This document shows, piece by piece, positions 52,208-60,729 of a stretch of 60,729 nucleotides of DNA. Source of the stretch: Sulfuricurvum sp. (lineage in GTDB: Bacteria > Campylobacterota > Campylobacteria > Campylobacterales > Sulfurimonadaceae); assembly GCA_036277315.1 (NCBI GenBank), contig DASUNE010000143.1, positions 1 through 60,729 of the forward strand. The letters are read 5' to 3'. Position 1 is the first letter of the stretch. Every line of letters begins with the position of its first letter. A model generated the notes under the pieces. That model made no database searches. It was not told where the DNA came from and worked only from the letters and a program-made list of their open reading frames with translations. Both the position numbers and the translations under genes were made by a program.

Positions 52208-53476
52208 ATGAATATAATGATAATCGGCAGCGGTGGACGAGAATTTTCAATCGGACGAGTATTAAAACAAGACCCTGAAGTATCAAGCCTTTATTTTGCC
52301 CCGGGTAATGGCGCAACGACGATGCTGGGTGAAAATGTTGCCATTAAAGATTACGAAGAATTGGCGCAGTTTGCTCTTGATAATGCGATTGATTTGACGA
52401 TCGTAGGTCCTGAAGGACCATTGACCGATGGCGTTGTAGATATTTTCAAAGCGCGTGGATTAGTAATATTTGGCCCTTCAAAAGCCGCAGCACAGCTTGA
52501 GGGTTCGAAAGTTTACATGAAAAACTTTTTGGCTAAATACAACATCCCGACAGCACGCTACATTGAAACCGCTCATATCGGAGATGCGTTTAAATTTATC
52601 GAGTCTCTTACTGCGCCGATCGTCGTCAAAGCCGATGGTCTGTGTGCGGGCAAAGGCGTTATCATTGCGATGAGCCACGATGAAGCCAAAGTAGCCGTTT
52701 CGGAGATGTTGAGCGGGAAATCGTTTGGTGATGCAGGAAAACGGGTCATCATCGAAGAGTTTTTGGACGGGTATGAGCTCTCCATGTTTGCCCTTTGCGA
52801 TGGAAAAGATTTTATTCTTCTCCCTGCAGCGCAAGATCATAAACGACTTTTGGATGGCGATGAAGGTCCAAATACGGGTGGAATGGGGGCGTATGCGCCG
52901 ACACCGTTAGTAGACGAAGTCCTTTATGAAAAAGTCAAAGAGCGGGTGATTCGTCCGACACTTTTAGGGATGCAAGAAGAGGGTGCACCGTTTGAGGGAG
53001 TCCTTTTTATCGGTATTATGGTCGTCAATGGCGAGCCGATCACGTTAGAGTTTAATGTCCGTTTTGGAGATCCGGAGTGCGAAATCTTGATGCCGCTTTT
53101 GAAAACGCCGGCACGTGAACTGTTTTACAAGGCAGCAACCAAGAAGCTCGATACCCTCACTGTCGAATTTTACGAACAATATGCTGTAGGTGTCGTAATG
53201 GCCAGTAAAAATTATCCTTTCGGGGATTCTACTCCTGCTGAAATCGTTGTCGATGCAATTCATCATGATGAGATCGCACAAAACACGCATATTTCGTACG
53301 CAGGCGTGAGCGAAGAAGATGGAAAACTTTACGCGAATGGCGGACGTGTACTTGTATGTGTAGGGTTGGGAAACAGCATTAAAGAAGCACGAAATCGAGC
53401 CTATATGCTGTGCGGACAAGTCCATTTTGCCGGTAAAAAACTGCGCACTGATATCGCGTATCAAGCATTGCGTTAA
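52208..53476 (+). CDS. purD: Phosphoribosylamine-glycine ligase
   Basis: [45 protein letters not shown]; true start ATG 52208. Confidence 0.97.
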   Translation: MNIMIIGSGGREFSIGRVLKQDPEVSSLYFAPGNGATTMLGENVAIKDYEELAQFALDNAIDLTIVGPEGPLTDGVVDIFKARGLVIFGPSKAAAQLEGSKVYMKNFLAKYNIPTARYIETAHIGDAFKFIESLTAPIVVKADGLCAGKGVIIAMSHDEAKVAVSEMLSGKSFGDAGKRVIIEEFLDGYELSMFALCDGKDFILLPAAQDHKRLLDGDEGPNTGGMGAYAPTPLVDEVLYEKVKERVIRPTLLGMQEEGAPFEGVLFIGIMVVNGEPITLEFNVRFGDPECEILMPLLKTPARELFYKAATKKLDTLTVEFYEQYAVGVVMASKNYPFGDSTPAEIVVDAIHHDEIAQNTHISYAGVSEEDGKLYANGGRVLVCVGLGNSIKEARNRAYMLCGQVHFAGKKLRTDIAYQALR

Positions 53477-53925
53477 TGAATAACGACATCGAAAACCTTC
53501 TTAGTCGAGAAAACTTGCAGCTTGCGAGTGTGCGAGCTCGCGCGGCGGCATTTGGAATCGATGAAGTATTGCTGAGCGTCATTTTATTGGCTATTTTATG
53601 GGATTCGATGTCTGCTGCTAAAAGTGTTGAAGCGATGATTTTGGTCGTGAATACCTTTATTTTGGAATACATGGCGATCAAGATTCTTTACCAAACGTTC
53701 TTTACGATGCAATACGGAGCAACCTTGGGAAAAATCGTGATGAAAATCCGAATCATTGAGATGAAAACCCTTTCTAATCCGAGTTTTTTGAGTGCTTTTA
53801 ACCGCTCGATTTTTCGGATTGTGAGTGAAACTCTTTTTTACCTTGGATTTGCATGGGCTTTTTTTGATCCCTATCGAAGGGCCTGGCACGATCTGAGTGC
53901 GCGGACTTTGGTTGTCAATGCATAA
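53476..53925 (+). CDS. RDD family membrane protein
   Basis: LASVRARAAAFGID, GATLGK, RRAWHDLSARTLVV. Confidence 0.9.
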   Translation: MNNDIENLLSRENLQLASVRARAAAFGIDEVLLSVILLAILWDSMSAAKSVEAMILVVNTFILEYMAIKILYQTFFTMQYGATLGKIVMKIRIIEMKTLSNPSFLSAFNRSIFRIVSETLFYLGFAWAFFDPYRRAWHDLSARTLVVNA

Positions 53926-56062
53926 GTTTTTAGTGATCAGTGCGATGGCGGCAAGTGTCGTATATGGCGGCGATCGTATAGAGCTTTTTGCACAGCAAGT
54001 CGATGCAAACGGTTCCCTAGCCAATACACAAGGCAATCCGGTCATGGTTTATCAGGACCAAATTATGAGTGCCAACACGCTAACTTATGATCATAATACG
54101 AGTATTGTCGAGGCCTTTGGCCGTGTCAATGCATTTAAAGCAGGGCAATATCATGCCATTAGCGAGTATTCAAAACTAAATTTGGATGCGGATACACGAT
54201 ACTCAAAGCCGTATTACTCGATTGATACGACAAGCAATGCGTGGATGAGTGCCGATGAAGCAGTAGGATGTCAAAATAAAATTGATTTGACCAGCGGAAT
54301 GGTATCGGGATGTAATTCAACCGATCCTCTGTGGAAAATTCATTTTACCAGTGCAAATTACGATACGGAAGCTATGTGGGTAAATATCTATAATGCTTTG
54401 TTGTATATTGAAGATATTCCTGTGATGTATTTGCCTTATTTCGGATACCCAACGGACAAAACACGCCGCAGCGGACTGTTGATCCCTACCTTTGGAATAT
54501 CCGGCTCAGAAGGGTTTTATTATCAACAACCCGTTTATTGGGCACCTACAAACTGGTTCGATGCCGAATTTCGTCCGCAGATTCGAACGTCACGCGGATC
54601 GGGAATGTACACGGATGTCCGTTTTGTTGACTCTCCGACGTCAACAGGCTCTATCGAGCTTGGCTATTTCAAAGAACAGAGTGCTTACGCACAAGAGTAT
54701 GATTTGGCGCACGAAAAACACTATGGGTTTGCACTGCATTATCAGCATAAAGACGTGTTAAAGAACTGGTTTGGAGCTGATTTGGAGGGAGAATCGGGAT
54801 TGTACGTCAACGGTTCTTGGATGAATGATGTGGATTATCTCAATTTGCAGCAAACGGATGAGACCAAAAACGTGACTGCCAATCAAATCTTTTCACGCAT
54901 CAACGGCTATTACAGCAGTGAAGACAATTATGCCGGAACTTATTTTAAGCATTATCAGTACTTGGATCAAACAGACAATGGACAAACCCTTCAAACTCTC
55001 CCTACGCTTCAATACCATCGTTATCTCGAAAACTTTTTGGACAATCATTTACTGATCAGTGCAGACGCACAGGCGAGCAATTTTTACCGTCCAGATGGAA
55101 AACGGGCGGTACAAGCAGATATCAATATTCCTGCAACACTGCAAACGAGCCTGTTTGATGATTATCTGGATGTAAGTTATACCGCTAATGCAGCGACGCG
55201 GGCAATCGGTTTTTATGGAAATACAAAAACAAATACCGACGATAAAGAGAGTGGTTACTCATCAGGAATGTATTCACAATTAGATCATGTATTTTCAGTG
55301 GGTACGACATTGGTGCGAGCGTACGATAATAATATGACACACGTCATGGCTCCAAGTGTCAGCTATGCTAAAGCAGGGGCACGTCTTTATAATGGATATT
55401 ATGAAGATTATCACGGCCAATGCGGTGATCCAACGAATAGATATCCCTGTGAGTTTTACACACTCAATGAACCAAGTGATGGGCTCTCTTTGGGAGTCAA
55501 TAACTATTTATTTGAAAACTCAAAACAGTGGCTGGTGGATCGATTGAGCCAAACATTTCGCTATGATGATGCCAGAAGCTACTATGGTGAGCTTCAAAAT
55601 GAGCTAGAATGGGAAATAACCAAGGCAATTTCGTATTACAATCAAACCTCTTACAATCATGATCGAAATCGAATCACGAAGGAACAAAATACCCTTCGAT
55701 ATAATGATAGCATTGTAAAAGGCGGTGTGAGTCACTATTATACGGATGAGCTAAGAAACAATCAAGCCCAATATGCATCGTATTGGACGGCAGATATTGC
55801 CTATCAGTACAATCGCTATTATAAAGTTTTTGGTTTACTGGCGTATGATTACCAAGAATCTTTGCTCAAACAAGCAGAAGTAGGCTTTTTATACACCCAG
55901 CGATGTTGGGATTTTGGTTTGAAATTTGTTCGAAATCTTCGTCCGATTTTGACCAATACGAATGGAGATGATTCGATTGCAGACTCGTATCTTTTTATTA
56001 CGTTTATCTTGAAACCCCTTGGTGGATCAGCCTTTAACTATAAACTCACCAACAATAAATGA
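53918..56062 (+). CDS. lptD: LPS assembly protein LptD
   Basis: Signal peptide, SGC..PLWKI, PVMYLPY, RRSGLLIP, RCW near the C-terminus. Confidence 0.9.
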   Translation: MHKFLVISAMAASVVYGGDRIELFAQQVDANGSLANTQGNPVMVYQDQIMSANTLTYDHNTSIVEAFGRVNAFKAGQYHAISEYSKLNLDADTRYSKPYYSIDTTSNAWMSADEAVGCQNKIDLTSGMVSGCNSTDPLWKIHFTSANYDTEAMWVNIYNALLYIEDIPVMYLPYFGYPTDKTRRSGLLIPTFGISGSEGFYYQQPVYWAPTNWFDAEFRPQIRTSRGSGMYTDVRFVDSPTSTGSIELGYFKEQSAYAQEYDLAHEKHYGFALHYQHKDVLKNWFGADLEGESGLYVNGSWMNDVDYLNLQQTDETKNVTANQIFSRINGYYSSEDNYAGTYFKHYQYLDQTDNGQTLQTLPTLQYHRYLENFLDNHLLISADAQASNFYRPDGKRAVQADINIPATLQTSLFDDYLDVSYTANAATRAIGFYGNTKTNTDDKESGYSSGMYSQLDHVFSVGTTLVRAYDNNMTHVMAPSVSYAKAGARLYNGYYEDYHGQCGDPTNRYPCEFYTLNEPSDGLSLGVNNYLFENSKQWLVDRLSQTFRYDDARSYYGELQNELEWEITKAISYYNQTSYNHDRNRITKEQNTLRYNDSIVKGGVSHYYTDELRNNQAQYASYWTADIAYQYNRYYKVFGLLAYDYQESLLKQAEVGFLYTQRCWDFGLKFVRNLRPILTNTNGDDSIADSYLFITFILKPLGGSAFNYKLTNNK

Positions 56063-56069
56063 GGATAGC

Positions 56070-57470
56070 ATGAAACTCGAAGCAAAAATTGGATTGTTTG
56101 TCGTGGCAGCATTGATTGCCCTTTTGTTTCTCTCAACACAAGTAACCTCTTTAGGGAAATGGGGACAAAAAGGGTACACGATTACTGCGTATGTGGATAA
56201 TGCTGCGGGTGTTGAACAGTACACTCACGTTTCTATGAACGGCGTACTCATTGGTGAAGTAGAGGCCATTACGATTGATGGAAAACGGGTGCGATTAACG
56301 TTGAATATTCATGAAGGGGTTGAATTTCCCGATGATTCTTCGGTCATCGTAGTACAAGAATCACTGTTGGGTTCAAAAGTCATTAATATTGTGGCGGGTA
56401 ACTCTCCTAAAAATCTTCGCGCAGGCGGAACGCTGATTCAATCCAAGCAATATGCGTCGTTTGATCAAACCAGTGATTCGATCAATGCTGCAGCCAAAGA
56501 GCTTGAGTTGATGATGCGTGATTTTCGATCAACCCTTGATGAAGAACACCGTAAAGCCATTCAAGATGCGATCATTGCATTTAGGGATGTCGGAGTTAAT
56601 CTTAATGGAGTCGTTGTTGATAATCGGGAGGATCTGCATGCCGCTATCGTTAATTTTAAAACCATGAGTGCAGGATTTGGAAAGGCATCAGATACGGTGA
56701 ATAAAGATCTTCCAAACATCATGGCGCGCATTGATTCTTTAGCAACCCGTATGGATAATATCAGCGGCTCATTGGAACATACCCTTCCTGAAGCGGTTAC
56801 TAAATTTGTTGGTATTGAAGACAATGTGAGTGAAATCTTGGTTGAAAATCGCAGCGGATTAAAAAATACTATCGATTCCGCAGGAGCCTTTTTCAAAACA
56901 GCGGATGATGCTTTTGCACGCGTTGATTCCCTTCTTTCGAATTACACAACAAGTGAGTTGCAAGTGGCGATTCATACGGATTATCTAATGAAAGATCAAT
57001 ATTCAAAAACCTATTTGGGAGTCACGTATCTCCCCAATCCAGAGACGTATTACATGCTTGATTTAGTGAGTACCGATGATTATTCACAATACAATATCAA
57101 TCCTCCGGGTAAAAACAAAAAAGGGGAATTGTATGTCTCCGCACAGTATGGAAAGCGTTTTGACAACACTCTTTTGCGTTTTGGTTCGATTGAGTCAACC
57201 GGAGGAATCGGGGTTGATTATTTTATGAAACATGATAAGCTTAAATTTTCTGCCGAAGCATTTGACTGGAATGCGGTCAATGATATTCGAGGAACCAACC
57301 CTCATCTCAAAGCACAGGCGCGCTATCAGATGTTAAAGCATATGGAGCTCTATGGAGGATGGGATAACTTTCTTAACTCCGCATCGCAAAATTTCTTTTT
57401 AGGATTGGGCTTGCGTTTTATTGACAACGATCTTAAATATCTATCGGGTGCCGTTTCACTCGCAAAATAA
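56070..57470 (+). CDS. MCE/MlaD-family protein with long helical region and C-terminal beta-rich domain
   Basis: EAKIGLFV TM, V.MNGVLIGEV MCE motif, SLLG; start ATG 56070 after GAGGA. Confidence 0.85.
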   Translation: MKLEAKIGLFVVAALIALLFLSTQVTSLGKWGQKGYTITAYVDNAAGVEQYTHVSMNGVLIGEVEAITIDGKRVRLTLNIHEGVEFPDDSSVIVVQESLLGSKVINIVAGNSPKNLRAGGTLIQSKQYASFDQTSDSINAAAKELELMMRDFRSTLDEEHRKAIQDAIIAFRDVGVNLNGVVVDNREDLHAAIVNFKTMSAGFGKASDTVNKDLPNIMARIDSLATRMDNISGSLEHTLPEAVTKFVGIEDNVSEILVENRSGLKNTIDSAGAFFKTADDAFARVDSLLSNYTTSELQVAIHTDYLMKDQYSKTYLGVTYLPNPETYYMLDLVSTDDYSQYNINPPGKNKKGELYVSAQYGKRFDNTLLRFGSIESTGGIGVDYFMKHDKLKFSAEAFDWNAVNDIRGTNPHLKAQARYQMLKHMELYGGWDNFLNSASQNFFLGLGLRFIDNDLKYLSGAVSLAK

Positions 57471-57490
57471 GAAACAAATAAGAGGAAAAA

Positions 57491-59656
57491 ATGAAATACG
57501 ATATTACCTTAGCATTAAGTAACAAAGAAGAGAGTTATGCACTCAATCAAGTAGCGGCGCAAGCCAACGGGGCAGTATGGCTCAAATCAGGAAATACGGT
57601 TATTTTAGCCACCGTAGTAGTCGATGAGACCGATTTTGTGGATGAAGATTTTTTGCCTCTTACGGTTCAGTATCTTGAGAAAAGCTACGCGGCAGGAAAG
57701 TTTCCGGGCGGATTTATCAAGCGTGAGACCAAGCCCAGTGATTTTGAAGCACTGACTTCACGTATCGTAGACCGATCCCTACGTCCGTTGTTCCCCAAAG
57801 GTTTCGCGAATCCGATTCAGATCTCGATTTTGGTTTTGAGTTGCGATCATGAGTCCGATTTACAGGTATTGGCGCTGAATGCCGCGTCTGCTGCACTGTA
57901 TGTTTCCGATATCGATATTTTTACGTCGGTGAGTGCTGTACGTATTGGTAAGATTGACGGAGAGATTGTCGTCAATCCAACACTCTCTCAGTTAAAGCAA
58001 AGTACCCTTGATTTGTATCTGGCAGGGAGTCGTGATGATATGCTGATGATCGAGATGCAAGCCAACGGAACGGATGAAGTCCATGTGATTGAGGCGGGCT
58101 TCGCCGATCCTCTCGCAGCGCAACAGCCCTATTTCCAACGTCAAAGCAATGCGATGGCGGAGGATGAGCTCATTGAGGTATTGACATTGGCTCAAGCGGA
58201 ACTTAAAACAGCAAATACCGCTTATGAATCGGCGTTTAAGCCGCGTGCAAAATTTGCATTTGAGTTAAAATACGTCGTCAGTGAAATCGATGCTCAAATG
58301 TCCGAGTATGTCCGTTCGCACCATACCGAGGATTTGAAGCGCGGTATTGCGGCGATGGCAAAAACCGAGCGCTCCAAAGCGCTACGTACGATTCGTAAAG
58401 CGATCATGCTTGAAAAACCTGAGTGGAACGAGCATGAGCTGAAAAAGGCGATTGAGCAGGTGAAACGCTCGATGGTACGCGCCCAGATTTTGGATGAAAA
58501 AGTCCGTGCCGATGGACGTGCCCTCAATGAGGTCCGTCCGATTAGCATCGAAACAAATGTTCTCCCCAGTGCCCATGCTTCGGCATTGTTTACCCGCGGA
58601 CAGACGCAGGCGTTGGTGATTTTAACGCTCGGCGGAGCAAAAGATGCCCAGATGTACGAGGCTCTAACGGATAGCGGTACGCAAAATGAAGGATTCATGG
58701 TGCACTATAACTTTCCAGGATTCAGTGTCGGAGAACCATCCAGTATCGGCGCACCTCGTCGTCGTGAATTGGGTCACGGAAATCTCGCTAAACGTGCATT
58801 GGAAGGCTCAACCGTTCGTAATGGACAAACCATTCGTCTGGTCTCCGAAATTTTGGAATCCAACGGTTCATCCTCAATGGCGACTGTATGCGGCGGCTAT
58901 ATGGCGTTGCGTGCAGGGGATATCGAAGTGTGTGAGCCGATTGCCGGCGTTGCGATGGGGATGGTTCAAGAAGGGGATCGTCATGCTATTTTGAGCGATA
59001 TTATGGGGCTGGAAGACCATGACGGCGATTTGGACTTCAAAGTCACGGGCTCCAAAGATGGGATCACTGCGATGCAAATGGATATCAAGCTGGGTGGAAT
59101 CGCCTTGGATATTCTACGCGATGCACTCTATCAAGCCAAAGAAGCGCGTTCTCATATCATCGACATTATGATCGATGCAGAAAAAAATATTGAGCTTAAT
59201 GAAGGGACATTGCCCAGCACCGATTTATTCCATATCGACCCTAGCTTTATTGCGGATGTGATCGGGCAAGCGGGTAAGACGATTCGTGAGATCATTGAGA
59301 AATTTGACGTAGCAATCGACATCGATAAGAAAAAAGGGTCCGTCAAGCTTACCGGTAAAAATCGTGATGGGATCAAAGGGGCTCGTGACCACATCGAGGG
59401 GATTGTCGGAGGTGCCGCTGCTGTCCCAAAAGTAGAGTATAAAGTAGGCGATGTGGTCAACGGTAAAGTGAAAAAAATCGTTGATTTTGGGGCTTTTATC
59501 GAACTTCCGGGTGGAATCGACGGTCTTATCCATATCTCAAAACTTTCCGATGGACACATTAGCCGTGTGAGCGATGTGATTAGCGAGGGAGACGAATTGA
59601 TGGTAGAGATTGTCGAATTCAAAGGAAACAAAATCGGATTGGCACGAGCTAAGTAA
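57491..59656 (+). CDS. pnp: Polyribonucleotide nucleotidyltransferase
   Basis: DFLPLTV, DRSLRPLFP, FTRGQTQ, ESNGSSSMA, EDHDGDLDFKV, KH and S1 domains. Confidence 0.97.
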   Translation: MKYDITLALSNKEESYALNQVAAQANGAVWLKSGNTVILATVVVDETDFVDEDFLPLTVQYLEKSYAAGKFPGGFIKRETKPSDFEALTSRIVDRSLRPLFPKGFANPIQISILVLSCDHESDLQVLALNAASAALYVSDIDIFTSVSAVRIGKIDGEIVVNPTLSQLKQSTLDLYLAGSRDDMLMIEMQANGTDEVHVIEAGFADPLAAQQPYFQRQSNAMAEDELIEVLTLAQAELKTANTAYESAFKPRAKFAFELKYVVSEIDAQMSEYVRSHHTEDLKRGIAAMAKTERSKALRTIRKAIMLEKPEWNEHELKKAIEQVKRSMVRAQILDEKVRADGRALNEVRPISIETNVLPSAHASALFTRGQTQALVILTLGGAKDAQMYEALTDSGTQNEGFMVHYNFPGFSVGEPSSIGAPRRRELGHGNLAKRALEGSTVRNGQTIRLVSEILESNGSSSMATVCGGYMALRAGDIEVCEPIAGVAMGMVQEGDRHAILSDIMGLEDHDGDLDFKVTGSKDGITAMQMDIKLGGIALDILRDALYQAKEARSHIIDIMIDAEKNIELNEGTLPSTDLFHIDPSFIADVIGQAGKTIREIIEKFDVAIDIDKKKGSVKLTGKNRDGIKGARDHIEGIVGGAAAVPKVEYKVGDVVNGKVKKIVDFGAFIELPGGIDGLIHISKLSDGHISRVSDVISEGDELMVEIVEFKGNKIGLARAK

Positions 59657-59748
59657 CTTTTTAGCTCGCAGGTTTTATAATGCCGTCCACAAAGTGATAA
59701 GTAGGGACACTATCCGAACAGACTTTGATTTAAATACGGAGATTACTC

Positions 59749-60126
59749 ATGAAAAAAGTTCTTTTTCTTATGCTCGCTCTTGTTGCTTCAGTATTCGGTG
59801 CTGATGAAGCGGTAGCGGTTGTTGAAGCTGCTGTTGAAGCGGCACCTGCTGCTGCGGCTGCATCTGCAGACGTTGCTAACCAAACATTGAAAGCGTATTC
59901 TATGATCGCTGCGGGTGTTGGTCTTGGTTTGGCTGCTCTTGGTGGAGCAATCGGTATGGGTAGCACTGCTGCTGCAACGATCGCAGGTACTGCACGTAAC
60001 CCAGGTCTTGGCGGAAAATTGATGACAACTATGTTCATCGCTCTTGCTATGATCGAAGCACAAGTTATCTATACGCTTGTTATTGCTCTTATCGCTCTTT
60101 ACGCTAACCCATATTTGGTAGCGTAA
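59749..60126 (+). CDS. atpE: F0F1 ATP synthase subunit c with N-terminal signal-like extension
   Basis: GxGxGxG helix, ARNP loop, conserved Glu in MIEAQVIY. Confidence 0.95.
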   Translation: MKKVLFLMLALVASVFGADEAVAVVEAAVEAAPAAAAASADVANQTLKAYSMIAAGVGLGLAALGGAIGMGSTAAATIAGTARNPGLGGKLMTTMFIALAMIEAQVIYTLVIALIALYANPYLVA

Positions 60127-60143
60127 GTTTCAACTTTTCTTCC

Positions 60144-60171
60144 GATCAGCTTTGGCTGATCACCTTTTTTT
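60144..60171 (+). terminator. Intrinsic terminator after atpE
   Basis: gatcagc-tttg-gctgatc followed by a T run. Confidence 0.7.
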
Positions 60172-60173
60172 AT

Positions 60174-60257
60174 GCGGACGTGGTGGAATGGTAGACACGC
60201 TACCTTGAGGTGGTAGTGCCAACAGGTGTGGGGGTTCAAATCCCCCCGTCCGCACCA
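60174..60257 (+). tRNA. tRNA-Leu (anticodon GAG)
   Basis: Acceptor stem gcggacg/cgtccgc with ACCA end, anticodon arm ctacc-ttGAGgt-ggtag, variable arm, GGTTCAAATCC T-loop. Confidence 0.95.
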
Positions 60258-60471
60258 ATACTCTTTTAACGCCTATTTTCAGGCACTTCTTCAAGCAACT
60301 TTTTCCATTGTGACCAAAACTCTTTTCTAAGAATTCAGCCCTTTTCTTCTCTTTACACTTTATATAGCTAGCATAACGTTCTAGTGTCATCTTTGCAGTT
60401 GTATGACCTAACCTATTAGAGACCCACAAAATATCTTCATCGTTCTCTATCCTTATTTTCGTAAATGTCAT
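60258..60471 (-). pseudogene. C-terminal remnant of a tyrosine integrase next to tRNA-Leu
   Basis: EDILWVSNRLGHTTAKMTLERYA = LGH...Y integrase C-terminus; upstream R and HxxR boxes missing; points at the tRNA 3' end. Confidence 0.72.
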
Positions 60472-60555
60472 ACGCCCTCCATAAATAACTATAATATATA
60501 ATAACTGTTATTTTACGGTACAATAACCCCACTATAAACAGATGGAGATACTATC

Positions 60556-60729
60556 ATGATTGATTATAAAGGCTATGAGATTAATATTACTACTGAGGAT
60601 GTAGATGAAAAAGCTATTCAAGTTGGTAATGTTGATAAGGTTATTAACCTAATTAAAGATGGTATGGACGAAGAGGAAGCTTGTTTAACAATAAGCAAGA
60701 CTTTCAGAAAAGACTTTAGGGAGTGGACA
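60556..60729 (+). CDS. Hypothetical protein (partial, AT-rich, probable island cargo)
   Basis: GGAG RBS, ATG 60556, open to the window end: MIDYKGYEINITTEDVDEKAIQVGNVDKV... Confidence 0.55.
   Translation, partial: MIDYKGYEINITTEDVDEKAIQVGNVDKVINLIKDGMDEEEACLTISKTFRKDFREWT

Noticed and set aside
60160-60471. 103-aa ORF as a complete gene
   Set aside because: Its 3' third is the antisense of tRNA-Leu; only the integrase-like part is meaningful, and it lacks most catalytic boxes

Overview
Core-genome chromosomal window from a Campylobacterota (epsilonproteobacterial) bacterium, most like Sulfuricurvum/Sulfurimonas. The taxonomic call is inferred from gene content and order: HP0268-miaB-lpxJ-pilMNO synteny, mqnC, fliW, MOMP-type porins, a stand-alone atpE with a signal-like extension, and 6S RNA upstream of purD. 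Most of it is housekeeping: nadD, gap-pgk-tpiA-fabI, nusA, lon, tilS, rimO, kdsA-ribH-nusB-mqnC, recG, uvrC, nadB, guaA, purD, lptD, pnp and atpE. It ends at tRNA-Leu(GAG), followed by an integrase remnant and the AT-rich edge of a probable island. The most striking undescribed feature is at two tandem porin paralogues: the 3' UTR of porin 2 (8181-8196) carries a perfect 16-nt complement of the predicted first nucleotides of the porin 1 mRNA (5256-5271), a segment porin 2's own leader lacks. This suggests a 3'UTR-encoded antisense porin switch, or alternatively an invertible cassette. Other notable items: an MSHA-like minor-pilin/adhesin operon densely loaded with PglB-type N-glycosylation sequons and preceded by a structured leader; a NIT-domain hybrid kinase + Aer-like PAS + double-Hpt phosphorelay; a XerC/D-like recombinase inside the lpxJ-pilMNO operon; an unannotated 39-aa LptM-like lipoprotein; and dispersed REP-like palindromes. 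All calls are by eye from motifs and synteny; no searches were run.
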